DNA of 64,000 bases from the human T2T-CHM13v2.0 reference genome, Homo sapiens. Both the position numbers and the translations under genes were made by a program. The DNA is taken from assembly GCF_009914755.1 (NCBI RefSeq), contig NC_060928.1. One strand, 5' to 3'. Under the pieces are notes generated by a model. That model did not search any database. It had not been told where the DNA came from and saw only the letters and a list, made by a program, of their open reading frames with translations. This document shows positions 42,228 to 56,073 of the stretch, piece by piece (position 1 is the stretch's first letter; the number at the start of each line of letters is the position of its first letter).

Positions 42228-42420
42228 CAGTTAGACTGGATTTGAATTTCACCTCTTTCTCTTCTTAGCTGCATGGCATTGCAAGAATGTTAACCTCTTT
42301 GAAGCTTACTTTCCTCATCTCTAAAATGAAAATAACACTTATTTTGCAGTGTTGTCAGGAGTAAAGATGTTGACTGAGATAATGCATGGAGATGGAGCAG
42401 AGTACTTGGCACATAGTAAC
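42228..42420 (+). mobile_element. MIR
   Basis: 'ttaacctctttgaagcttactttcctcatctctaaaatg...cttggcacatagta'. Confidence 0.8.
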
Positions 42421-42424
42421 CGAT

Positions 42425-42635
42425 TCTAGTTTTTTTGGTGCCTAACAAATTACCCCCAACCTATAGAAGCAAACACTTCACTTTGTCCCTCATTTGTTAG
42501 GCTAGGGCTTGGCTAGACCATTTACTCTATGGGGCTCTGAAATGGTTGTACTCAGATGTTGGCTGAAACTGCAGTTATCTGAAAGCCCAACTGGACTTGA
42601 TGTCAAAGATGGCTCACTCAAAAACTAGCACTTGA
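42425..42635 (-). mobile_element. Old MLT1 (H/I-like) LTR fragment
   Basis: 'taacaaattacccc', 'gcagttatctgaaagcccaactggacttgatgtcaaagatggctcactca'. Confidence 0.6.
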
Positions 42636-42639
42636 AGTG

Positions 42640-44720
42640 ATATAAAAGTCTGGGCCTCTTGTCCCAATTCAGGCATTGACTCCTGCACCTGAAGGAACAA
42701 TAATCAAAGATCAGAGGCATAGAAGTCTGGAAAAGAAGGAAGTGGATAAAATAATGGAAGTGGGCACAGAGTATGTGAATATGCAAATATCATGACTCAC
42801 ATTAATACCCACTGAAGAGCATCCATCACAGAATAGGCACCCAACAACCAACTGGACAAGACGATCCCTCCTTTGGGTGTCAACCATCTTATTTACTCAG
42901 CCACATTTGTGCGGACATAATGAGTCATGAATGAAATGGCTATTGACTCAAGGATAGAGGATAACCCTGACATAATGAGATACAGGACTAAATGGGGATA
43001 GAGGACTAAATAGCATGGGCTTTCACTTACCACAAATGATCTAGTTACTGCCTCTATGGAATGCCTTAACACTAGCAGCAATGTGACACCATCCCTGAGA
43101 CTATCCAACTGTCTAATTTCAATTGAAATCTGGCTTTTCATTTCATACCTAGAGAAAATTTTTCCAACACTACTATTATTTACCTGAACCATTGATATGG
43201 TATTACATACAACATTGCCTCACACTAGTAGACACTAACAGCAAAGAAGATGTAAGAATGTGTACATACTCACAGAATCCATTGGATCTATTAGACACCT
43301 CATCACCCAGAAGCAGTTAGTCTGATGAAACAATAGGATATGATGTTAAGTGGCTTTGCAAAGGCAACAGCTCAAGGATAACATCTTGTGAGGTTGGGAT
43401 GCAGTCCCTTAGAATGTGGCTTATACTCTGAACCAATAGCCCATTCCCAGTCCTGTATCCCCAGTAGAAAATGTACACAGGTTTGGAAACCAAAGGTAGA
43501 AGTAGCGTTGGTGATTTTCACCATCACTCTCAGTGGCTCACTTTCAGAATATGTGCTTCCTGTCACTGCCATTTTAGGTTGTATTAGAAGTCCTATTTCC
43601 TAGGATGGACTGCTTCCATCAGTGTATCACTTTAAGGGTTCTACTATGCTTGAAGCTATGACTATCACTGGTCGTGCTGAACTCATGATGCTGGAGGATC
43701 AGCAGACAAAGAGTTAACTACACTGGGGATAATAATTGACCTTGATTTCCATGAGGAATTAGAATTGCTGTTACACATTGAGATCAAGCAAGAATGTATC
43801 TGGAAAGGAGGAGACTCACTGGGATGTCTTTTGGAGCTTCTACACTCAGTGATAACAGAATCAGCAACTTCAGTGACCACAGTCCAGCAAGGGCAAGGAA
43901 ACTAGGGCTTCAAACCCTTAGTTCTGGGATCTCTCTACAAGGCATACAACTAGACCAGCTACTGGACAAATATAAGGAAAATTCAAAATAGATGGTGGAA
44001 AAGAGAAAATATTGATCGTGGCTTTAGGACTAGCTATGACTAGTGATGACTGTAGTTCATTCAACTCTACTATTAGTTCAACTCTGTTATTAAATCCTTG
44101 CAAGTTTGGCCACTACCTTGAAAAAGATTCTGTGATGGACTGGAGGGAATAAGAATAACTGAGAGGTGAAAGAGATGAACTGTAGATAAAAGGAATGATA
44201 CCTCTTGGGCTCTACTTCGAATCTTCTTTATAGCCTACTCCAAGACTGCGGTGTTGATCAGTTCTTTGAAGGTTTCAATTAGTTTCCCAAAAGTGCAACC
44301 TGACAGCACTTGATACAGGCCTGGGCTAAATATCTCTCAATTCCAGCTGGGTTTTGTTTGGTTGGTTTGATGTGCCCGCATGGAAATTCTGCAAGAACTT
44401 AATGCATCATTCAGAAGTGCAAGGGAGTAAATATCAGCGAGGTGTTCCTTGACCAATGGGACACAGAAGCTAAAGGAAGGATATCTTCTCTACTCCTTTT
44501 GGACCAATTCTGAAGCGCATACCATAAAACTCTTCACAGTGACCCATAGAACTGGGCACTGCTGCTGTGGCAGACTCAATAATGCATTATTGCATTTGCT
44601 TTTCCTCTTTCCTATTCAATCTTTCACCACTTCTTGCTTTCAAAGATTGCTTCATAAATAAACTACCTCTACAGAAGCTTTATCTTAGAATCTGGTTTCA
44701 GAGGATGTCTAAAACAAATG
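42640..44720 (+). mobile_element. ERVL (HERV16-like) 3' half: decayed RNaseH/integrase/dUTPase region, PPT, and LTR16-type 3' LTR (~44181-44720)
   Basis: 'cacattaatacccactgaagagcatcc', 'catgggctttcacttaccac', 'attgaccttgatttccatgaggaattag'; purine tract before TG at 44181; LTR end 'aataaactacc...atctggtttcagagg'. Confidence 0.75.
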
Positions 44721-44756
44721 ATTGTTAGGCCTGGATTATTTCACTTGATATAAGAC

Positions 44757-44905
44757 AAAGGGTAAATACTTGAGGGGATGAATGCCCCATTCTTCATGAT
44801 GTGTTTGTTGTACATTGTATGCCTGTATCAAAACATCTGTGTACTCCATAAATATATACACCTACTATGTACCCACAAAAATAAAATAAAATAATTTAAA
44901 ATAGA
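44757..44905 (+). mobile_element. Short L1MA (MA1-3-like) 3' end
   Basis: 'aatacttgaggggatgaatgcccc...cacctactatgtacccacaaaaataaaa'. Confidence 0.8.
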
Positions 44906-45934
44906 AAAAATATGTAAACAAGTGACTATTAGGGAATCTAAGGTCATGGTAAGCCAAAGTAAAAGAATTTCTGGAACATGAAAATATTAATCATGTTGAT
45001 GCAGTATACTTCTACACAGGGATGTGGGAAACTTTCCTTGTTTATTACATCAGGAGTTGGCCCAATTAAGTTATGTTTGAAACCTTTAGAAAAGTACCTA
45101 ATGAGGGCATTTAATTCTCATTATTTCTAATTCTAAGCCTGGAAATTATCATAATATCTAGATCTAAAGAGTTCAAAACATGATGTATCCAAGTCTGGAA
45201 AGATTTCAATCTGACCCTCCCATTTATGTCATCGGGATGCGTGCAAGAAGAGCCAAAGACAATGCTTGGCTGCCCTTTACACAAAGGGAAGTCTCCCTGC
45301 TATGGAAGATAGACACTGACACATGTCATTTCTGATTTTAAAACACTTTCCACTCATCTCTGAGCATTTCTCAAAAAGCTTGAGAATCTGGTGCCGTAAA
45401 ACATAGCAAACAAGATGAATTCAGAATTCACAAACATTGTTTTCAACTTCCTCTGCTTGGCATATTTTTTTTGAGCATTTCACAGCGGGATACACGCTTC
45501 CAGGTTTTCTTTGAATAAACAAATTTTAAAACCTCAAAACTCTGTGTTGACATTAGTTTTAAAGTTTAGATGAAGTATATGATTGCAAATATGATTATCA
45601 ACAAACTTTAGTTATTGAGATTTTCAGATTTGTCACAATTCAAATATTTTATCATGCCTGAAAGTTAAAACTGAACATTTTTAGAGTTTGAGATAAGTTT
45701 TCCAAAAGCTCCCCATTATCTATAACTCCCTTACTAACTAAATTTGAAGGGTGCTGACATTTTTTGTTTTCTCAAATTAGATAGTAGTGATAACTGTGAA
45801 ATTAATAACAGAAGTTAAATGCTATCATAAACATAAAACTTATTTTAAAATTAGTGTGTCCTTGACCCACTAGAAGAGAGGCTATCATTATTTAAATGAT
45901 ATTCATTTGAATGAATTATGATGATGATAAAGAT

Positions 45935-46140
45935 TATTATAGGTAGCACTTACTGAGGACTTTCTATGTCACAAGCACTTTGCTAAGTATTTTACATATA
46001 TTATTCTATTTAATTCTCAAACAACTGTGTGAAGTAGATTCTGATATCATCTCTATTTTGTAGGTGTGATGACTCAGGCACAGAGAGATTAAAAATTTTC
46101 ACAATAACACCCAGCTTGTGAATTATAAAGCAGCAATGAA
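45935..46140 (-). mobile_element. MIR
   Basis: 'cacttactgaggactttctatgtcacaagcact...taattctcaaacaactgtgtgaagtag...gactcaggcacagagagatt'. Confidence 0.8.
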
Positions 46141-47989
46141 ATTCATTTAAAGAGCCAAAATAGAAGGGAAAAATTGCCTCATGTATCTCTGAGATATGTG
46201 TTAGTCATTGGTTATTTCAATATAGAGGAATAAGATAAAATTACATGATAACAACTGAAACATACTTTCATTTTGTATTACGGATACATCAACAGTTCTA
46301 AAGGATCATTTTTTTAAAAAATGAGATTTTAAAAAAATGAGTCACAATGTGAAGAGTGACACTGAACCATTGAAAGAACCCTTAAAATATGGATTTCAAT
46401 GATTAAAACACAATGGGAATGTATGTATTTTCTCAGGACTTTATGCCCTATTGTTGTATCAAGAGTATCTGTTCTTAGGCTTTGGTAAACATGTGTGTCA
46501 TCACATAACCAAATGCTAAAACATATACAAAACTTTAAGCCTTGTTTACAAAAGTTTTTTGCCCTGCAATGTGGTCACATCACTCAAACTTGCATTTTGT
46601 TGTTGTTTTTCTTTCTCCTCACACTGACATTGTGTTTGATAAAAGTAACCTCAGGATCCTTAAGTTTACTTGGTAAAAAGAGGATTTCTAGACCCTCTAT
46701 AGAATTCTTGGGGATTTTTTCAGCCATCCCTTCCCAGCTGTTCCCTCTCCACATGGCTGTGTTCCGAGAAAATGATGCAAGGCTGTGAAATGGGGCTATG
46801 CTTGGGATCCAGCTGACAGGAAGGCATGCCGGGAAGGTCACAGCAACTTCCATGTAAACAGAGCTGTGGTTTGCCTGGCTCTAAGTTAACAGGATAAGAG
46901 GTTCTCCTCACAGAAGGGGGCACACAGACAAACAGCACCCAGCATGTTCTGTTCCAGATGTTCTTCCTGTCATTTATGGCATATGAGGAGGTGCCTTTGA
47001 TGTTTCCCTCCTTTCTTGTCAGTATGATTCCACGAGCTTCATTATAAATTATTTTACCAAGGGATGAGTCGTATTGTATTATAATCAGAGCAGGCCCTGA
47101 GCACAATTACAAACCAAACCAGATTCATCCACTGAAGCCTCTTCCCTTTTGACGTTTTCAATCATCATCTTTTCCTTTTCTATTAGATTTTGAATATCCT
47201 TAAGTGGCACTCATCTGATGTTAAAGTGTCACGCCTTGTGCCATGCCTCAGCCTGATGTTCCTCATGACAGTGTTCTAAATCTTATCCCAACCAAAATTC
47301 ACTTGTGCATTGCCCCTTCCTCCTTGTTCTATCATCACAAAATCTGTGATATTTAATTGGTATGTAGTTTCAATAAGAACTGATGAGCTGACTAGGTTCA
47401 AATGTTGGGAAGGCCATCTAGAAATTATCGATTATGCCAAAAAGCAAAGCTAAGAGAGAGACTTCCAAGCCATACTTGATACTGGAGAAGACTGTATTTG
47501 CAACTATTTCAAGTTTCTGCTATTCCTTGGCCATCAATGCCTTCTTCACATTGTGGTTATGTCATTATATATTTTCACTCCTGTAGGAGAAGACTTAAAA
47601 CATTTTTTTAAAATTCTTAAGTTATTGTCTCTCTATTGCACTGCAATTTTGTCTGTTGCTTAGAATTTGTGATGGAAAGAAATTCCCAGCACCTTGTAAT
47701 CCAGGTCTTAGCCTTTCCAGTCTATCCAGTTTGCTCAGTTAAACCCCAGCTATAAGCCTACCTCCAACTTTTTCTTTACCAAAATAAAAAACTAAATAAG
47801 GGCTGGTAAGGGTAAAGGGATTACTGAAAAGAGAAACAAATCCTATTCCCTTCAAAATTCTTGGACTTTTTTAAAGTATGATTTTAATTAATAATCTGAC
47901 TGGCTCTAAGGTAGTGTTCTACATTAGCCAGAGATTATCAGTTATTTTTATGGAAAAAAAATTATTAGGCTCAGTATCTTAGCCCAGGG

Positions 47990-48190
47990 GAAAAAGTATA
48001 GAACCTGGAGTCAGAAAAAAAAAAAGATATTTAATTCTCAGCTTTGCCACTTTCATCTATGTGGGCTTGATCCTGTTAGTTACCTCTATAGGTCTCAGTT
48101 TTCCTGCTGGTAAAACAGGTAAAATAAAATCTACTCATCAGGATTGCTACAAAATTAAAATAAATTCTATGATATGTTACACATAAGGAT
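47990..48190 (+). mobile_element. MIR
   Basis: 'gacctggagtcaga...ttacctctataggtctcagttttcctgctggtaaaac'. Confidence 0.7.
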
Positions 48191-48627
48191 CTTTGTTTAT
48201 TAGCACATACTTAATTTTAAAAAAAGAAACACAGAAAAGAGAAAATAAACAATAAACAACCAGGCTGAAACAAATATATGGCCTTAAATGTTCTCTGGTG
48301 AATGGCATGTCTTACAGTGTGCATCCCCTTTAGGGCTGTATGATCCATCAAGAATAAAAGACCGTCACTCTGATGTAATATTCGAAAACTTCTGTGATCC
48401 AATCTCTAGCCTCTTTCCTGCCTCTTCTTCCAAAGCTTTATTCTTTCACTCTAAAGTTGTGTCATTCACACTAAACTGCCTTGATTTGCTGAATTCCCCT
48501 GCCAAATCACATCTCATTACTTTTCCATAAGCCAGTCCTTCTACCTAGAAAATATTTTTCCATCTTAATCTCCTGAAGAAGAAGCTAAGACCCAACTTCT
48601 TTCTGAAGCTTTATCTTCCTTCCCAAC

Positions 48628-48636
48628 TCACACATG

Positions 48637-48675
<39 letters not shown>
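48628..48675 (+). repeat. (CA)n microsatellite with a CGCGCG core
   Basis: Directly visible alternating purine-pyrimidine tract. Confidence 0.95.
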
Positions 48676-48678
<3 letters not shown>

Positions 48679-49603
48679 AAATACATATACACTGCCTCAC
48701 TCTTTCATTTGTGCCCATGCTATACCACAAAGATTCTAAAATTGAGGTTAAGCCTGTGTGGATTGCATGAATGACCTGCAGGAAATCTAAACCCTCTTGC
48801 GATTGTATGTAATATTTTCTTGGTGAGTACCAGTGCACATTTTGTTTTTCCTGGAAATAGGATTTGCAGCTGTGATCATATTCTCAGTAGGGTCTCTGAT
48901 CCAAGAGAATGTAAAAGCCACTGTCACACCTTTACAATGGAAATCATTACTGTATGGCAATAATGCTTGCTGAGATCAAGTGTTATTAATCTCTGTTTTC
49001 CAAGCTTCTAACATTTACTAAATACTGAAAATATATTTGATAGATGATTAATTGCATTTGCAAGAAGAGAACATTCTCGGGGTACTGCAAATTATAGTCA
49101 TAATGTAATATACAACATTAAAGCTTGGTTGATGCAGTTTACAATTTACTAATAATTAGTGCTTTTTCTACATACAAAATTAATTATAGCATAATAAAAT
49201 CCAATAGCATTTGTTCTTAATTCTCCTCTGATCTGCATTCTGTTGTTTATTCCCATTTGTTCTGATAAGGTCCGTTGTCTCTAATGTTGCTTTCTAAAGG
49301 GTAAGAAATAAATCAATGGTACTTAGCTTTTCTAACCATCTGGTCTGGCAAACATCCCAAAATTAATGTTTAAATCCGGGTGCAGTTCATGTATTTTTGT
49401 CTTGTGTTAGGGAACATCTCTGGAAGTAGGGAATGAAGGGTAAGGTTTGCTCTCTAATTTCACTGAGAAATTTGGCCTTTTTATACATATCACTCTGTAA
49501 ATATTATAGATTTCCATTACATGTTATGTGGTTCAGTTACTCAGCAAAGGCCACAGTCAGTTCAAAAACTTCCTCTTAGGACACTTTCTTTTATGTTTTA
49601 GAG

Positions 49604-49809
49604 CAGAAGTTAGCAAACTTTTCCCCATAAAAGGCCAGATAGTAAATACTTTAGCCTTTGTAGGCCATAAAGTTCCTGTTGCAATTATTCAACACTGCTG
49701 TTGAAGTGTGAAAGCAGCCATAGAAAATATGTAAACAAATGGGCGTGGCTGTGTGCTGATAAAATTTATTTACAAAAACCGGCAGTAGGCTGGAGTTTGC
49801 TGATGCCTC
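49604..49809 (+). mobile_element. MER58A hAT-Charlie MITE
   Basis: 'gcaaactttt...aaaggccagatagtaaata...aaagcagccatag...gggcgtggctgtgt'; 8-bp TSD-like (t/c)tttagag. Confidence 0.88.
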
Positions 49810-50104
49810 TTTAGAGCAAAGCTTTTTGCAAAACCATTAATTTATTCCTTGATCATTTCAAGTTTCCACTGTGTAAGTTTACTGGCTGTGATTTATACAG
49901 GGAGATGTGTAATGTTTTTGAGGCCCAGCTTTCTCATTTGTAAATCAGCAATAAAAACACAACTCTGAAGGATTATTTGGAAGATTGGGGAATATGTTTT
50001 AGTATGCATGGAATCCTTACTCATACTTAGTGCTTAATAAATATGGTGATAACATTCCATTAGAATCTCTCTATTTGAATCTGCTTGACCATGCTCATCA
50101 AAAA

Positions 50105-50300
50105 CTAACAGCTCATATGTACTGAGTGCTTACCATAAGAAGAAGTAAGGACTTTTTAGATACTATCTCATTTAATCCTCACAACAATATTATGAGGTAG
50201 GCACTACTGTATTCCCATTTTCCAGAGAAGAAAATTGAGGAATAGATATATTATATAATTTTTCCAAGTTCACACAGCTAGTAATTTGCAGAGCCAAGAT
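50105..50300 (-). mobile_element. MIR
   Basis: 'atctcatttaatcctcacaacaatattatgaggtagg'. Confidence 0.85.
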
Positions 50301-50406
50301 TGAAAGTTTTCAGGATGAATGTGTTAATTAGGTATAAATAATTAGTTAATAGTCATCTGGGGGAAAGAGCAAAATGGACAAGTGTAATAAGCTATTCCCA
50401 TTTTAC

Positions 50407-50910
50407 TGTGGGAGGGACATTTCTTTTTAAATGGCCGAAAGTTCTTTGATACTTCTCCCAAGAATGTGGTGGTCTATAATCTCCTCCCATTGAATCTAGG
50501 AGGACTTACAACTGGTTTGGCCAATGGAGTATGATGTAAATGAAGCTGTGTGACTTCTGAGGTTAGGTAAGAAAAGGCTTTGAGGTCCCTGGTTCTCTTG
50601 GGGCGTTCACTCTGGGGCAGCCTGCTGCCATGGAAGAAGTCCAACCATCCAAGAAAGACTATATGTAGTCTATAAAGGCAACCATCCTAATTGAGTTCCC
50701 AGCAGCAGCCAGCAGCCAGCAGCCAGCAGCCAGCAGCCAGCATGTAGTTGAACTATCTTTTATGTCTATTCCAACTTTATCTTCAGGTAACTGCAGCCCC
50801 AGTGCTCATCTGATTGCACCTGGATGAGAGACTCAAAGCAACTGTCTAGCTAAGCCCTTCCAAAAATTCCCGACCAGGAATTCATGAGCAAAGTATGGCA
50901 ATCATGCAGA
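50407..50910 (+). mobile_element. MLT1G/H-like LTR containing a (GCAGCCA)5 heptamer expansion at ~50703-50741
   Basis: 'tgtgtgacttctgaggttagg', 'ctgcagccccag', 'gctaagccctt'. Confidence 0.75.
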
Positions 50911-51178
50911 GAGACAGTTTTAACTTCCTTCCTCTCCCTGATACTCACCTTCAGCTAGGTGTCAAGACTCTTTTTTCTCTACAATATCTTTTCGTCAGTC
51001 ACCCTCTCTCCATTTGCGTGCTACTACTGTATTTCTAACTAGTATTATCTCCTATCTTGAACAAATATAAAAGCCTTCTGTTTTTATCCATACCTCTGAT
51101 CTCTCCCCAGTATCATTTAATTTGAAAATTAATTCTTCTAAAGCATGTGTGATACTAAGATTCACTTTATTGAAAGAG

Positions 51179-51534
51179 TATATTAGTCTGTTTTCATACT
51201 GCTAATAAAGACATACAAAAGACTGGATAATTTATAAAGGAGAGAGGTTTAATGGACTCACAGTTCCACATGGCTGGGGAGGCCTCACAATCATGGCGGA
51301 AGGCAAAGGAGAAGCAAAGGCGCGTCTTACATGGTGGCAGGCAAGAGAGCTTGTGCAGGGGAATTCCCATTTATAAAACCATCAGATCTCATGAGACTTA
51401 TTCACTACCATGAGAAGATTAAAGGGGAAACTGCCCCCATGATTCAGTTATCTCCACCTGGCCCCACCCTTGACATATGAGGATTATTACAATTCAAGGT
51501 AAGATTTGGGTGGGCACATAGCCAAATCATATCA
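51179..51534 (-). mobile_element. THE1B/C solo LTR
   Basis: 'ggtttaatggactcacagttccacatggctggggaggcctcacaatcatgg'; 5-bp TSD aagag (51174-51178 and 51535-51539). Confidence 0.95.
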
Positions 51535-52049
51535 AAGAGAATCAATGCTGTCTTGTGTAATTAAGAATATTACTCTGTAACCCAGAATTGTTTGGTTAGA
51601 TCATAAAAGGCTATGCCCCTTCCTCCTGGTTCTCTAGGGTTGCTCACTTTGGGAAGACTGTCACCATGTAAGAAGTCCCTGGGCTCCCCCATTTAATAAA
51701 AAATGCTGTTCTTTAACCCAGAGTTCCAGAACCCTCATACTGTAACCCTAGACTGCTTTTCTCACCTTACCCTGCACTGTTTCCTCTATGCATTGTCAGG
51801 TCCTATATTTACCTTCTGTGGCAGTGAAATTGATGAAGACAGGAATGATAGGGCAGCTGCTGCTTGGTGATTGAGTGTATTTGGATAACAAGGGGGCAAA
51901 TATAAAAAAGGATTCTGGGATTTCGTAGTTAGATGAATAAAATGTAATATCTCCAATAGAAAGCCTAACGTCAGATGAGAGAATTCATTTGAACAAAAAC
52001 ATGTATCTATCTAATATAAAACCACTATTATGAAAATCACTCTTGTGTA

Positions 52050-54020
52050 CAACTCAATTCTCTTGCACCTCTCTCATTTTATCATTTTAGGCTGCAAAAA
52101 CCTCAACTGGATTACGTTCAACTCTGATTACTCTGCACCTACACTCAGCTGAACATGGCTGGAAAAAAGCACCCAACTTAAATGTATATGCCCCACTGTC
52201 AAATGGGCCCCTAGCGTTGCTCGGAAACTATATACATTTTCTGAGTGTATTCACTCTCCCACATTTCTAGAGGACCATTTCTAACTTCCTTCTCTATCCT
52301 CACACATCAGCATCTCTTCTCCCATCTTTACTTTGGCTGTTAATCTTGCTTCTTATTTCACAAGGGAAATAAAAACAATGAAGAGACAGCTCCCACAAGC
52401 TTGCATCACCACATCTAACCACCTCTCTGCCTTCATGCCCAATACATTCCTCCCAGATTCCTGTCATCCTGAAATTTTGTACAAATTGCTCTTATCAAAG
52501 GTCCCTCGTACCCTGGATTGCATGACCTCTTGCCTACTCAAGTACCTAGCTCTATCAGTTCTTTCTCTTCTTCTGCATCATAGTTTTCCCTCTCTACCAA
52601 ATAGTTTCTAACAGTGTACATGCATATTTTTATCTCTCCAATATTAGCAGAAGAATTCTTCTCTTGACCTCCTGGGCCCCCTTATAGCTACTTCACTCTG
52701 GTCTTCTCTTTACAAGTTGTTTGTGTTCACAGTTTTTAATTTTCTTTTCCCTAACTCTTGAACTCCTTCTGACTTTTTCCCATACCATTCTACTGAGACT
52801 GGTCTTCAGGGTCACCAATGGCCTCCACATTGCTAAATTCAATGGTTAATTCTCAACGTTCATCTCCCTCTTCAGTGTTTGACACCGTTCAAACTCTTTT
52901 CATCTGGCCGCCAAGATTTCACATTCTCTCCGTTATTCTCCACCTCAATATCCACTTCTCCTCTGGCTTCTTTGCAGGTTTCTCCTTATTCCTCAACTTT
53001 TACACAATGGAGTGACCCGAAGCTCAGTCCTCAGACCTCCTCTCTTTTCTCCATACACATACTACCTCTAGGATTCATCTAGTTTTTTTTATTTTAAGTA
53101 CCATCTCCATGATGATGATTCCCAGGCTTACAATTCATTCCAGGAACTCTTCTGAACTCCAGACACATATACTTAGCCTATTGCCTAATTTATATTTCCA
53201 TTTTGATGTCTAATAGGTATCTCAAACTTATTTTATCCCCAACTTACCAATTGTCAAAGCCTTCTCAGTCTCAGTTAATAGCAACTTGTTCCTTCTCAAT
53301 CCTCAGTTAAAACTTTGAAGTTATCCTTCACTCCTCTCTCTGTCAGTTGACTCACATCTTGCCTGCTAGAAAATCCTATTGGTTCTACCTGCTAAATATA
53401 TCTAGATTCTCACCTTATCTGCCTCCATCTATTGCTTCTACCCTTTAGAAAACCAGTATAATCTTTTCACTGAATTATTTCAAGAATAATTATGAAGAAT
53501 TTTGTCTGTACTTTTGTCTGTACTTTCACAAGTCCACATACCTTCCAGCCTAGTTCCAACACATCAGCCAGATCATGTCAGTCCTTCTTGCAAAATTTTC
53601 TGTTGAGTTCCTGTCTCATCATAGTCTAAGCCATCATCCTTAGAAAGGCCTAGAAGGCTTTCTATATCCTGGCACCATTTTCCCTCTCACCTCCTTTCCC
53701 ACTCTTCTGTCTCTCTGGCTAACTCTCTTACAGAAGGAGCACTGGCTTCCTTTGGGTTCATGAACATCCCAGCCATACTTCTGTATTGGAGCTTTTGTAC
53801 TGTTTCCGTGCCTGGAAGGCTCTTTCCCTCAGAGAGGCTTACTCTCTCTCTCCCTTCAGGTCTTTGTTGCAATATTACATTCCCAGTTAGGTCTTCACTG
53901 ATCACAGTTTGAAAATTGCACCCACCCCCTCTCCGCACTAGTGCTCTTCTTCCTCTTCCTTGTCTTACTTTCCTCCATAGCACTTGGCATTAGCTAACAT
54001 TTCTGTCTCACCCTACTCCG
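52050..54020 (+). mobile_element. L2 (ORF2 to 3' region)
   Basis: Pyrimidine-rich L2 motifs 'gggtcaccaatggcctccacattgctaaattcaatgg' and 'gatgtctaataggtatctcaaactta'. Confidence 0.85.
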
Positions 54021-55689
54021 TGCAGGCACAGATATTACTGTGTAGCTGAGGTTCTATCAGGTTACAACTGCACACTACTGGTTCCTGCCACAATAACTGG
54101 AGTAAAAATATGACTTAAGAATATGCGAGGTAGGGCATACCCTACACAGATTACAATGGACACAATAGATTTTTTCATACCAAAAGCCAGCCTAGTTCTT
54201 ACAACCTATTGAAAACACTGCCTCTATGCACTTCTTTGAAGTGATTGTGTGGAAACAGGTTTGAAACAGATTTCCATTTCTCTATTTGCTTAACCCTTTG
54301 ACTTAGCCCATTGGTTAAAAAAAAAAATTATGGTCAATTTGCTATACTTCAAGTGAAAAAAGTATTTGACATTATTGACGTTTCTCTATACCCCAACCTG
54401 CCAGTTTGTTATGCCTCTGGAAAAGTGACCCTTCTTGTGAAGAAGTAAGAACATAAATAATTTTGGTAGCATGTTCAGTTATACCATGGTTGGGATGTCT
54501 TGACAAATGAATTTTAAAACCCTATTTTAACAACTTGGTATAACCAACTAAATATAAAAAAAAAACTCTCTCAATATGTGCATTTGCATATTTACATGTT
54601 TTCAAAAATAAAGAGAAAATACATAATATTTTGGAATATATGAAAATCATTTTTACAAGTTACAGCTGCCTGATAACTCATAAGTAATGAAACTATAAAA
54701 CATCATCTCTAATGAGTAAAAACATTTGTGATTTCACACTTCCCACATCGTTTACTCTGTTTATAAGAATTGCCTAAGATGTTTTAACATGTAAAAAAAT
54801 TTAGTGGTACTTTATTTAACTATCAAAACTAAATAGATATATCTGTACAGCTTGGCAATGCTAAGCTCTTATCTGACAAAAAGATCCTTTGGAATCTTTT
54901 ACATTGGTAGCTCAGATCATGCATCATAAAAAATTTTGTGTAACTCAGATCATGCATCATAAATTCTGTATTTTGTTTTCTAATCATTGTAAATGACTCT
55001 GCCTTAAATCTTTCCATATAACAGAACATTTTTGTGGGCGTAATGATATAATTGATCTCTGAATTTAAATACATACGTATTCATAAATGTATTCAACTTT
55101 TAGGTCATTTTAGGGACAGAAATCAACAGTAGACACATCGTAAGTTCAAAAATATATTTTTCCAACTTAAAAATTCCAAAAATCACTGGGAAATTTCAAA
55201 TTTTAAGCTCACAGCATTCACATTAATTATGTGTACATTTAATCATACAATATCACTTTCCATGTCAATATATTTACCTTCTTTAAAACTTTTTCCTAAT
55301 ATAAACGTAAGGAAAAGTGAGAACTTATATTTGTTCAACAATCTACTATGTAACAGTACTTATAGGTATTGTTATCTGACTTTATAGTTGTTGAACTAAG
55401 TTTCAGAAAAGTTAAGACATAAATACTCATTTTGGTAAGAATCGTACTACAAGAAAAAAGATACAGAAAAGTGAACTGCTGAAATGAGAAAGAAGCCAAG
55501 GCAGCATTTATGGCATTTAGATGGGGGCAGAAGAGGACAAAAGGGATGGAGAGATCAGAGAAGAAGCCAGTTACTGGGACCTGGGTACAACCTGGGCATG
55601 TGATTCTGACTTCATCAATCATGGTATCACATCCTATGGCCATGGTATATATATATGTAATTTTTTATGCAAGGGCTTACAGGAACTTT

Positions 55690-55955
55690 TCCGTTCCCAT
55701 AGGGTCACTGAAATGGGACGACATGAACTCAAGGAGGCTATTTATGACCATGTCATTTGCAACATGAAGAAAGCTTATCTGGAGTGAAAGTAAATGAGAC
55801 CAACAGAGATAAGAGACCCGGAGAAATCCTGGTTACACTGCTTGAATCCTGTCAGTCCTATACTGGAGTCCTGTTAATACAAAATAATAGTAATAATCCC
55901 TCTGTTTCTTATGTTTATGCCAACTTCAACAAAAAGAAACTTGACTAAGAGACAA
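55690..55955 (+). mobile_element. Ancient MLT1(J/K/L)-like LTR remnant forming the 5' part of PCAT4 exon 2
   Basis: End 'caacaaaaagaaacttgactaaga' resembles the old MLT1 terminus; 'taataatccctctgtttctt'; highly diverged. Confidence 0.45.
55703..55711 (+). CDS. PCAT4: Putative GDEP micropeptide, exon 2 part (G-H-stop)
   Basis: GGT CAC TGA immediately after the acceptor AG. Confidence 0.5.
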   Translation, partial: GH

Positions 55956-56073
55956 TATAAGAACTTAATGTGTAATTAAGAAAGAACTCTCCACCACGGG
56001 GAATGTGAAAGGTATATGAGTCCCTTTTCACGATGCGATGTCATGTCTTTTAAATAAGCCATACTTTATGTTC

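Noticed and set aside
46495-47106. Three overlapping ORFs (89-128 aa)
   Set aside because: No homology recognised; they reflect locally higher GC, so the block is treated as possibly regulatory
50700-50741. CAG-like repeat suggesting a polyQ/triplet locus
   Set aside because: It is a short 7-mer (GCAGCCA) expansion of an MLT1 motif in non-coding sequence
55521-55787. 88-aa ORF overlapping the exon 2 acceptor
   Set aside because: Starts in the intron; only a short internal-ATG part would be in the spliced RNA; no protein similarity
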